A program made the position numbers and the translations under genes. The notes beneath the pieces were generated by a model. That model saw nothing but the letters and a program-made list of their open reading frames with translations, ran no database searches and was not told where the DNA came from. Shown here one piece after another: positions 49,590 to 61,210 of a stretch of 64,000 bases of DNA. Each line of letters opens with the position of its first letter. The first letter of the stretch is position 1. This DNA comes from Iphione sp. A-MEVVRFRX5 (lineage: Eukaryota), in contig OZ320316.1 in the NCBI GenBank assembly GCA_976226885.1, positions 117,304,001 through 117,368,000 of the forward strand. The letters are read 5' to 3'.

Positions 49590-50372
49590 TATATATATGT
49601 CAGTTATCTGGGCTACTGTCTGGGGTACAGCATTCACATACTCATAAGACTCATATAATTATATATATGTCAGTTATCTGGTCCAGTGTCTGGGTTATAG
49701 CAGTCACGTCATTGTAAGACTCATATGATTATATACAGAGAGAATTCAAAAACTGAACGATTGCCATTTCCGCCAAAATCATTCGGTTTTGGGAAAATTC
49801 AGATTTAGAATAGCCTAAGGCCACTTGCAAATTTAATCAGTTAAAGGGGGCCCCATGCCCTACCTCAACAGTTTTCATACCTGCAACATTAAATAAATTA
49901 TGTAATTAAAACAAAAAATCATCTGAAAATCAGTGAAAACTTTCCTAATTTGTCCGAAAATCGGCAAAACTCAGCAAAATACATCCAAAAATGGGCAAAA
50001 ATGGTCCAAATTTGTCCAAAAATCATTCGGATTTTGAATAGAATCATTTGGTTATATGAGTGTCTAATTAAGGAGAAACGTTTGGTCCCCAGAAATATTG
50101 TTCAGATTTGGGATAATTCGGTTTTTGAGTGTTCGGTTTTGGATTAACCTCTGTATATATCTATATGTCAGTTGTCTGGACCGGTGTTTGGGGTATAGCA
50201 GTCACGTCATTGTAAGACTCATATGATTATATATATATATGTTAGTTATCAGGGCCAGTGTCTGGGGTATAGCAGTTACGTCATTGTAAGACTCATATGA
50301 TTATAAATATATATGTTAGTTATCTGGGCTAGTGTCTGGGGTATAGCAATCACGTCATTGTAAGACTCATGT
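49590..50372. repeat. About 70-bp tandem repeat interrupted by a MITE
   Basis: GTCAGTTATCTGG...GCAGTCACGTCATTGTAAGACTCATATG on both sides of 49736-50153. Confidence 0.88.
49736..50153. mobile_element. Tc1/pogo-type MITE, TA target duplication
   Basis: TA|CAGAGAGAATTCAAAAACTGAAC and GTTCGGTTTTGGATTAACCTCTG|TA; inserted in an about 70-bp tandem array. Confidence 0.75.
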
Positions 50373-50894
50373 AACGCATATCACAGTAACATGCCATCAC
50401 AAAGCACCTCAACACTTGCATATCATGGATAATGATCCTGCACCGACTGGATATTGTACTTCGATTCCTACATCGCAATGGACGTCGCTCCAAACGAAAT
50501 GTTCTATTTGCAGCCGAGGCGCCAGGAAAGCCTAGAATAGCTGGTTGCAGTAGGGTGACCGGTATCTTCAGCGGTCCGTCAATGCATAGATGTCTTAAGG
50601 TAGACATGCAAAGAATGCATGTCACTTCACAGGTAAAGCATGCTTTAGGCACCTGATCACTAGAGAGCAGGCATGTACGCACCCAAGGTAACCAGAACCT
50701 GAAGATGTCCTTTCGCCGCGCTGTGCCCCCCTGCGTCATAATACAGGCATGAAATGACTTAGCAATTAGCCCAATCATCCTGGCTGTACATTTCTTTGCG
50801 TACTGCAAATTTAATTTAATTAAAAAGTATTGATTAATGATTTCAATATCCTACTGTAAAGACCCTCCTCCTTGTAATATGAGTGTGTGAACAA

Positions 50895-51310
50895 ATATTG
50901 CTGATAAGTGAGAGCGACACTCATCCTGACAGTGACAGTGTCTCTGACAGTGACACCTCCCTGACAGTGACAGTGCCCCTGACTGTGACAGTGACACCCT
51001 CCCTGACAGTGACGGTGCCTCTGACAGTGAGAGTGTCACTGACAGTGCCACTCTCCCTGACAGTGACAGTTCCTGAGACAGTGAGAGTGTCACTGACAGT
51101 GCCACCCTCTCTGACAGTGACAGTGCCCCTGACAGTGACACCCTCCCTAACAGTGACAGTTCCCCTGACAGTGACACCCTCCCTTACAGTGACAGCACCT
51201 CTGACAGTGACACCCTCCCAGTGACAGTGTCCCTGACAGTGACAGCCTCCCTGACAGTGACACCCTCCCTGACAGTGACAGGGTCTCTTACAGTGAGAGT
51301 GACACTGACT
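50895..51310. repeat. CCCTGACAGTGACA-type minisatellite about 20 nt from the donor of the flip/flop-homologous exon
   Basis: Direct reading. Confidence 0.93.
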
Positions 51311-51331
51311 CTATGCGTGTGAATGGCTTAC

Positions 51332-51443
51332 CTTACTCTCCCCGTCCTGGCCGCATTCTCCCTTATCATACCACCATTTCTTGTGAAGCTTCTGCAGCTC
51401 TCCTTCTTCACGTAATTGCAGCACAGCTAGACTTATCAGCTCT
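51332..51443 (-). CDS. GRIA-like: gene B exon homologous to the vertebrate flip/flop exon ([38 protein letters not shown])
   Basis: CTGTCTTTCAG acceptor, AAG|GTAAGC donor, 112 nt phase 2-0; [19 protein letters not shown]; absent from the ORF track. Confidence 0.95.
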
Positions 51444-53254
51444 CTGAAAGACAGAAGCTTAGTGAGGGAAGGAGTCTTCAGACAAACCTGCGGATATGTG
51501 GCTTGAATCGATCTATTCCATCTATTGTTTACAATAACTGTGTTAATGTGACCAATTTACCAATCATACGCCTAGTACAAATAGGACTATGTATCTTAGA
51601 CCATTCTGCGTAGCTGATCTTTCTACCGAAAATACTGATCAATCAATCTCCGTTCAACTTTCAACACTACGTAAGAAATGTATATCTTTACACACAAGCT
51701 GAAGTCCCTGAGATTAACTCTCTCCGGGCGCGACTGATCAGACAGATAGTCTCCCTAATCCATTCTATCTACAGGAATGTACAGAGCATGCAGGAGGGGA
51801 TTCTTCTTTCATTAGATTATTCATACATCCTAGACATACGACCTGTATCTGACACGCCACTTAACTGATATACTGACTCTATATCCAGGTATGTGGGTTG
51901 CTTCAGACTCTCCCCAGTTCAATGCCGTCACCATAACACCCGATTTATTGCGATGAAGCAAGGGATACCTGATCATGTTTTTTACAGGGTGGTCTGGGTT
52001 GATATCCTGGGTATCACCAGACATTCCTTGACATGCCTTCTCCATGTTAACAGGAGGCACGTAAGGGAATGTAGCGTTCACATGATGATCATGTGACCCA
52101 CATTTTCGTACTGGTTGTTATATCAATCAGATGTTTACATCATGTATGAGCATGCCCCACTTCTGTCTTGTTTGACTGCAGTATTATTCGTGAGATGAGA
52201 AGGAGAGCAGGACATTGTGGAATGTCTGTTGGGGACTTCCAGGATAAAATTCTGTGCATGACATAAGAATAGTGGCGATCGCCATGACCAAGGTCGTGAA
52301 GGACAAGAGGAAAAGGCACCCTTGATTCTGGGTGCAGCTTATCATACAAGCTAGGGCCCTTTTGCAAGAGTTCTTTTAGTGAGGCTATTCAGACTGTCAC
52401 TCAGTTTGAATGATGTGGGGAAAGTGACACGCACAACCTGAATAGTGATAACACGTACGGAACGAGTGGCAAGTTTCCTCCACATTCCTCCACATCTCAA
52501 GTCAATCTCAGACCATTATCTTTCGGCCAATTCATGTTATGTTATAATCTGGGCCCATCTCTATGTCTGAATTTCAGTCCATCTCGGACCGTAATTTTTT
52601 CCTCCTATGATTTAGATCCATTTTCATGGGTGTATCTAGCTGTCTAGGAGTCCCGCCTCCAGCCCCATACTACATGGAAAGGGTCTCATTCTTTCTCCTA
52701 ATTCCACGTTTTCCTGTACACCCATACATGGGATCCGGGATAGAAAGCTTCATACATGGAGAGTTTAATGGTGGACGTGTCACCTTGAAGGTGACCTTGA
52801 AAGATGGACGTGATTGATGTGAGACGCCGATCCTCTCGGTAGTTTCTAAACTCACGTCGTTTTAAGAAAGATAAAAATGGACTGGTAAAATACGAGGCTG
52901 GGCGGCGCCATTTGTCACGGAGGGCGGAGGGCGCACCACTGGCCCTTCTCCTGGGTCAGCCCATCTGTCACAGGCCGCCGGTTATTTACATCCGGGCCAC
53001 ACTGGAGGTCACGTGATTAATCAACAACGAGTGAGGGCCGCTCTGATTGGCCGGTAGCTCAGATACCACGTGAGTTCTGATAAACTGGCAGTGACGTCAG
53101 AACTCGTAGTTTTCGTGGAATGGTGGAGACAGCATTTCCCTCCGATATCCCTCCTTCCATTCTGATTCCAAAGTCACTCTTCTTTCCTCTCTTTCTCCGT
53201 CTAATTTATCAAGACGTCCTTGTGCTGGTTCTTTCATTTAACCTCCCTCCCTCT

Positions 53255-54170
53255 CTACCCACCCCATCCTCCCTATATCCACCCTGTCCTCTCTACCCAC
53301 CCCATCCTCTCTACCCATCCCGTTCTCTCTACCCACCCGGCCTCTCTACCCACCCTGTCCTCTCTACCCACCCTGTCCTCTCTACCCACCCTGTCCTCTC
53401 TACCCACCCCATCCTCTCTACCCATCCCGTTCTCTCTACCCACCCGGCCTCTCTACCCACCCTGTCCTCTCTACCCACCCCGTCCTCTCTACCCACCCCG
53501 TTCTCTCTACCAACCCCATCCTCTCTACGCACCCCATCCTCTCTACCCACCCCATTCTCTCTACCCAACCCGTCCTCTCTACGCACCCCATCCTCTCTAC
53601 GCACCCCGTCCTCTCTACCCACCCCATCCTCTCTACGCACCCCATCCTCTCTACGCACCCCGTCCTCTCTACCCACCCCATCCTCTACCCAACTCTCTAC
53701 CCACTCCATGTCCTGTCTACCCAATCCCCCTCTACCCAACTGTTCCTCTCTACCAATCCCATCCTCCATACCAGCCCTCTCCTCTCTTCCCACCCTGTCC
53801 TCTCTACCCGTCCCATCCTCCCCATCCAGCCCCTCCTCTCTACCTGTCCCTTCCTTCCCAACCACCCTGTCCTGTCTATCCACCCTCTCTTCTTTACCCA
53901 TCCCGTCCTCCCCACCCATCCCGTCCTCTCTACCGGTCCCATCCTCCCCATCAATCCCGTCCTCTTTACCCATCCCGTCCTCCCCACCCATCCCATCCTC
54001 TCTACCCATCCTGTCCTCCCCACCCACCCTCTCCTTTCTACCTGTCCCATCCTCCCCACCCAACATGTCCTGTCTATCCATCCTCTCCTCTTTACCCAGC
54101 CTGTCCTCTCTACCTGTCCTGTCCACCCCACCCACATTGTCCTCCCTACCCAACCTCTCCTCTCCCACTC
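53255..54170. repeat. 18-bp minisatellite (CCCTGTCCTCTCTACCCA) abutting the S2-exon donor
   Basis: Direct reading; degenerates toward the exon. Confidence 0.95.
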
Positions 54171-54172
54171 AC

Positions 54173-54420
54173 CTGAGGTCCGATCCCAGCGGGGTGGCGA
54201 TTCCGTAACCCTTGGAGTCGAGGTTCCCTCCCACCTTCATCGTGTTACAGGGCTTCCGCTGGTTGTAGTAGTCGTTCATGGTGGACTCCAGCAGGAAGGC
54301 ATACTTGCCCTTCGAGTTTCTCACCCGGTCCACACCGTCCTCTGTCGTCTTGACAAATACGGTGGGTTCTGCTGACGTCATGAACGCCCACATCCGCTCG
54401 TATACGGCGATCTTGGAAGT
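54173..54420 (-). CDS. GRIA-like: gene B S2 exon ([11 protein letters not shown]...[47 protein letters not shown])
   Basis: TTTTCTCTTCAG acceptor, AG|GTGAGT donor, 248 nt phase 0-2; LLESTMN and [20 protein letters not shown] are AMPA-diagnostic. Confidence 0.97.
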
Positions 54421-54439
54421 CTGAAGAGAAAAAAACAGT

Positions 54440-54605
54440 CAGTATGACTTAGGGGAGTACGCAAGATCTATGGAGAAAGAGAGGGGAGTCAATGTGCCTT
54501 ACGGGAGTGTTAGAGGCCTAGAGAGACAGAGAGGGGAGTCCTTGTGACTTAGGGGAGTGCGAGAGGACTAGAGAGACAGAGAAGGGAGTCTGTGTGACTT
54601 CGAAG
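54440..54605. repeat. About 50-bp repeat x3-4 next to the S2-exon acceptor
   Basis: GGGAGTC-type motif at about 54484, 54534, 54583. Confidence 0.8.
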
Positions 54606-54717
54606 AGATATTTGACACGGAAAGACACCTTAAATATGCACTTAGTAGAATGGAGTGCAGCTCGTCAAACGCTCTCCATTGGCACACACATACACACTGG
54701 GATACCAGGACACTAAC

Positions 54718-54916
54718 CTTGAAGAAGTTCTTGGTGGAGCCTGAATCCAGGGTGCCATATTGGATCTCGGTCTGCTTGGCCAGGTCGTCGGCCGACTCGA
54801 TAGGCGTGAGCATCCTCTCGACGGTCAGGAAGGCAGCCAGGTTGGCTGTGTAGGACGAGATGATGATGAGAGTGAAGAACCACCACACGCTCCCGACGAT
54901 TCGTCCAGACATTGAC
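54718..54916 (-). CDS. GRIA-like: gene B M3 exon ([35 protein letters not shown]...[13 protein letters not shown])
   Basis: GCGCAG acceptor (weak pyrimidine tract; CTAAC branch-like motif about 45 nt upstream), AAG|GTTAGT donor, 199 nt phase 2-0; SYTANLAAF gate motif, GST. Confidence 0.97.
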
Positions 54917-57900
54917 CTGCGCATCACCACCATGACGACGACGACGACAAGGTCACCGGATGTTAGCCAAACGACGCCGGGCCGGAAGTAGGCGTGAAGG
55001 ACCGGAAGAAGGTCGGTCGATGAGGATATTCGGGGGAGAGAGGCATTAGAAGGTATACGTTAGTGGACGTCAGTGACAAGGAAGACAGAGAGGGGATGCC
55101 TACTTTAGAAGAGGAGAGTGACTGCGCAGGAGTGAGAGTTGGTATGAGAGGGAGCGACCTCTGACGACGAAAATACTAGTGAGCTGTCCCTCTCTACGAA
55201 CACACCATCCCTACCATCCTCCTTCTCTCTCCGCCTCGGCCTTCCACGGAACCTCTCCATCTCTTTCTCTCGGATTCCATATCTCTATCTTTTTCTGGGC
55301 CCTTCTCTTACAGTCCTTCTTCTCTGTCTCCTTCACTAAACGTCCTTGTTCTGCTTCTGTCTGCTCCCCACTACGATTCCTCACAGATTCGTCAGTCAGG
55401 CCCTCTCAACCACCTTCAACCACCTTTTTCTTTTTCTTTCCATCAATCTCTTTCTCACCCTTTCTCCTTCTCTATCCGGTTCTGTCTCTTTCTCTCGTTC
55501 TCCCTCTCTGTCTTGTTCTCTTTCGTTCTCCCTTTCTGTTTGTTTCACACTCACGCTTTCCATGGAGTTTATAATGACATTCTTCTAGGTTCCCTTGTTG
55601 GATATGTTCGCTATTCTTGTCCCAGTTGACCAATGATTACTCTGTGTCCCTCTCTTTATAACCATCCATCTTGTCTCTGTCTCTGCCATGTCGGTCTCTC
55701 ATTTGTCTCCTTCTCTCTCTCTATCCTCTCTATAATCACAGAGAATCAGTCTCCTTCTCTGTGTCCATCCCTGTCACCCTCCTGCCCATTGCATTGTAAC
55801 ACCTGTCTCTCATGTGTCGCTGTCTCCTTCTCTCTTTCCCTTCTTGTCCACTCTACAGTCACACTGTGTCAGTCTCTTTTGTGTCTGATTCCTTGCCTTA
55901 TCCAGGCACATCCTTCTCCATTTATGAGAGTGATGTCTGGCTGGCTACCAACAGTTCATCCGCGACATTTGACTTCCCTTTCCCGATTCTTTGCTTTCTC
56001 ATTCCTGCCTTTCCTATGTCCAAGACCCTTCAGTTCTCTCTCTTATATCCTCCCTCGTATGTTCTTTGCCTCATACATAGACACAGAGCGACCTTTTCTC
56101 CCTCTCTGTTTCCCTGTCTCTCTGTCCGTCTCTCTCCCTCGCTCTTCCTATCTGCTTTTCTCTCTCTCATTCCCCCCCCTCTGCTCTTCTTTCGTCTCTA
56201 GCCTGTGCCTCATTTGTATACATAGGGTGACTTCTGCTCCCTCTCCCCCCTCTCTCTCTCCCTCTTTTTTCTGCTTCTCTCTCCCTCTCTCATATCCGCC
56301 CTCCTCTGTCTTCTTTCGTCTTCAGTTCTGCACCGCACGCGTACACTCATGGCAGTCACGTGATGTATAAAGCCTACCAGCTAGGCCCGTTGAAAAAGGA
56401 GGAGGAAGAGGAGAAGGAGGAATGAGCAACTATATCAGCTCGTACTCCTAGTTTTACAGACTTGGTTTTATTGAAAGGCATAGTTGGTGCTTGAGTCCCC
56501 GTCTCCTGGCTATCAACCAAGTGATCTCTGCTTTGACCTTGACCCTCTGCCCTCCTGAGGTCAGACTAAGCTGACAATGCTGAAAGGCACAGCTCAGCTC
56601 TCCCTGCTTGTCTATTTAGAATCCTCAAGACACATCACCTAGTGGTGGGGGCATTAAGGTCATTACCGTGAGCGTCCTGGAAACGGGGGGACGCACAGAC
56701 AGACGCAGGAGATATTTGAGGGCGATGGGCAGGGGAACTTTATCTTCTGATGAGACACAATGTCAAGAAGCGAAAGGGGATTTAGAAAAAGACTGGGACG
56801 ACAGACGGGTGAGAACGAGGCTGAAGGTGTGTTCAGGCTGGAAGAGGAGGTACACTCTCTCTCTTCGCTCGGCCCTCAGTCAATTAGGTCAGACATGCGC
56901 ACTGGGCGTTAGGAAGGCTAAGGGCGGCTGCCACGACACTAGAGAGAGAAAGAGAGAGAGAACCAATGGAGGAGGTACGGAGTTTGGTATGATTGGTAGG
57001 GTGAGAGGCAGAGAGTAGGAGCGTTAGAGTACGGGGACAGTAGCAGCCAACACGAGGGGATGGGGGAGGAGGAGGAGGAGGAGCGAGGAGCAGCAAGGAG
57101 AAACATAGAGAAGCTGGTCACATTTCCGCCAATCGTCCTCCGCAGGTTGCAGCCATGAGGCTCAGTCCAGCCTGCCTTCTCCGCTCCCAACGACTACTGC
57201 CGCGCTACCTAGCGGGCGCCGCTAGATCGACTTCCGGCGGCCATGGCGGCCGCAGTTACTGCTACAGGTCAACTAAATGTCACCATATTTTGTTTTTTAT
57301 CCACGCTAACCAACAAGCCCTCTTCTCTTTTAATAGGAGCTAACTTGCACTCTGTATAGATGCTGTCTTTATTACGATCGGAACACTTACTGACCTCTAG
57401 GAGAATACATGCTTTGGTTTACAAAATCTGGGGCGACACGGTACCTTTCATAGCTCGTTCTCTCTCCCTACTTATCCTTTCAGTAAACGATCACTTGGTC
57501 GTCAACAAAAGGCCATACCTACACACACCTCCACTTTCAGAGGCTCAAGAGTCATACAAAATAGAGTTGAGCACACAAAATACTTATCAAAATATCAAAG
57601 TCTGCAAATGTTACGGGCTCCAGCTTACGGAGAGGGGACACAAAATTGCAGCGTCTGTCTACGAATGTTTGCCTTTCAATAAAGAGGACCTATCTGGTCG
57701 CTGATTGGCTAGAACATGTCCTGGACCCTTGCAAAGACACACATTCCCCAAATGACAAAATCCCCCAAAATACGGTCGCCCCCTTCCATATTTGAAGGGT
57801 GGCTTTGTTTCCATATAAGGAGAAGGCGTCGCAGTTGGGAGGGAGGCAAAATGGGGGAGTAACCACAAGGATAAGGCCAGGTAAGAAAATGGAGAGAAAG

Positions 57901-60697
57901 AAAAAACTTTATATATATATGCATACTGAACGGCCTTCATATATAGAGGTACGGACCAAAGCAGGGAAATGATATATATATATATATATGTATACGGAAA
58001 CAACTGCTAGAAATAGATATATATGTGTGGATATATATAGAATATATATAGAGGGCCCGGGGTAGTGTACTTACAACTATAAGTCCGTGTAGAGAAAGCA
58101 TAGTGAGACGGGCCTGCCCCAATCAAGACCATAAGACACTTAATCAAAAGGGATGAAAATTAGCAGTAGATGCTACTATCAAATGAACCATGCTCTGACA
58201 CCGTAAAATGCTATGCACCAAGCTGTGATATTTCTACAAAAATTGAATGTGATTCCGTCGCATTAGTTCCTTCCGGATCCTGTACGCATTTAACGGTCTG
58301 TGCGATCAGGAATGTGGCAAAAGAGAATGCTTGTTTATCAATATAAAATATAATAATATATATAGACATATGTGTATGCATATACACGTGTCTGTATAAA
58401 CACACACATACGTCGCAGGACCTGGAGCCCTCTAGTGGGCAGCGGGGCTGTAACATCGATCACCCTACAGAGTGCAAGTGAGCAGTTGTGTGTGCACGTA
58501 TCGGCTAGGTACAAACAGGGCCAGCCAATGGGAGGCCGCGTGAGGCTAGTAGTTTATAGAAGTTCGGAGACGGGTTGGGAGCATTCGACAGAGAAGGAAC
58601 AAAATATGTGAGAGGGGGACCTGGTCAAAGTGGTCAATTTATTTTCTTGTTTCTGGTGTGACTCATAGAGAAAGAGGAAGTAGATCGAAAACGAAACAAA
58701 TGAAGATAGGCCAGAATTGGGAGCAGGCGTATCCTCTCTCTCTATCTCTCTACAGTAGTAGTCTCTTACTGAAACAGACAGGTTAACATTTCCAGTTTTC
58801 TCTCTCTTCTTTGTGTAGGGTTTCAGTGATCCCTGGGTGCGTTTGGTGGAAATATAGAGGGAGGGAGCAGAAAGGTATGGGACGCCTAGTGCGAGGGATG
58901 TTATGGGGTGCCAGGTACCTGAAAAAATGAGTGACAGCAGAGGAAGGCAGAGCAACTGAACCAAAGAAAGCAAGTGGCGTGTGTTTGAGGGCTGCCCGGT
59001 GCTCCCATCTGGTGGCAAGTGAAGAAACCATCGTCTATATACAACTACATCAGGTAGAGCTTCATGTGGGGGCACTTTACTCGTTGACCACGTGATCCTG
59101 GATCACGTGACTGCTTGACGTTATATGATACTACTCGGTCTTTACGGTACGAATAGTAGTGTGTGTTTCAATCTGCATGTCAACTCCATACCTGTATGTA
59201 CAGCAAACGTCTCACCTAACGTCCGTTAAACATTACTAATTAAGAGAGGCTCCGGAGGCAGCCGCACAGAAAAGGTCACGAGAAGGTCATGAGAAGGTCA
59301 TGGCAAACAAGATAAATGTAGGTAGATAATACAAGCTTACTTCAAGTCGGTCGCCTTAACTGCCGAATTATATGATAGAGTAATTTATATAATATGATAA
59401 TTGATGATAAGAATGATGAAAGAGCATTCCGCTTGCTAGGAGGCCATCATGGGGCATATGATGCACTGCTTAGTCCCGAGTCTGGCCGGCTGCATGCACG
59501 CGTCTCAAGCCTTAAGGTGCATATTAATATATATATATACACATATATACATATATATGCTGAGGTGTGGTTGTTGAGGCCCTCATTCTGACAGCAATCG
59601 TGTATAAGAAAGGAGGACGCGCCCCCGCCAGTCAGCAGCCCCTCCCCCCCACCTCCCGGCGACCAGGTCTACCTAGTAGGAAGGAGGAGGGGGCAGGTGT
59701 AGAAAATAACCATAAATATCTGCTGTGAAGGAAAACAAAGAGTGTTGGAAAGGAAGGGTGGAAGGGGGGGCAAGGGATGGGATCCGGTAGGAGAATTTAA
59801 ACTTTAACCAAGGAACTAGACTATAGATGAAAAGAAAGGGAGGAGTTCGTTATATAACAAATAAAACGTGTGGTAAAAGGTACACAAAAGGAGCGGGATC
59901 GTAGGATGGACGAGACTGGAAGTCCTGGGATTCCGGGCAACAAGAGTAGCATGGGCACTTAAGGAACCTGGGGAATGGAAGGAACCGCGGACTAGAGGAG
60001 TCCTAGCAAGAGGAGTAGCGGGACACCGAGGGAGCAGGACAAGAGGAAGCAGGGGAGTTAGAACTGGGCACAGAGAACCATGGAGGGGAAAGATTAGGCA
60101 CTGAACTGGGCACTAAAGGAGCAGCTTAAGAGATGTCGTTGAAGAAACAGGATAAGAAAGGTTACTGGCCAGAGGGGCAGTAAGTGAGAATGGAGAAGGA
60201 GAGACACGCAGAGAAAAGGGCAAACTGGGCCCCGAGAGACTAGGGCGGGGGCAGGAACCTCGGAGAGCCTCGGAAAAGAGATAGTATCAGTTTTTGGAAG
60301 ATAATTAATATCAGGAACAGGAGAAAAGAAAAAAAATTTACCATGAGAGAAGATGGAAAGAGTGAGAAGAACTGGGCCATGGAAGAGCCTAGCAAAGAGA
60401 AAGAGCTTGCCATTCATAGGAAGAAGGTGGAGCGGGGGGACTGCTGGGGCTGTCGTGGCAGTTGTCTGGATCCCGGGAGTAGAGGTGTTTGGCGGTGGCG
60501 AGGGGGGAGGGGATAAGGAGAGGGAAGGAGGGGAGTTTTGAGGATCTTGGTGGTGGTGGGTGGTGGTGGTGGTAGGTGGTGGCGGTGGTGGTAGTGGTGG
60601 TAGGTGGTGGTAGGTGGAGTGAGAGAGAGAGAGAGCAGCAGGCATGCAGGCGACCGAAAATGCGTACATGATGGGCTTGTATATGTAGAGAGGCTCA

Positions 60698-61210
<513 letters not shown>

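Noticed and set aside
50440-50700. Second decayed Crypton fragment (DWILYFDSYIAMDVAPNEMFYLQP)
   Set aside because: Resemblance limited to FYLQP; multiple stops, no other YR motifs or termini
54130-54200. R/G-type editing hairpin
   Set aside because: Only a 7-bp CCACCCC/GGGGTGG match, supplied by the repeat
53120-54208. Overlapping 279-362-aa ORFs on both strands
   Set aside because: Produced by the 18-bp array; low complexity, antisense or intronic
57121-57270. Alternative exon or plus-strand ORF in a GC-rich palindromic patch
   Set aside because: Weak acceptor, immediate stop (SSNCGRHGRRKSI*), no donor support; similarity to the M2-M3 linker is superficial
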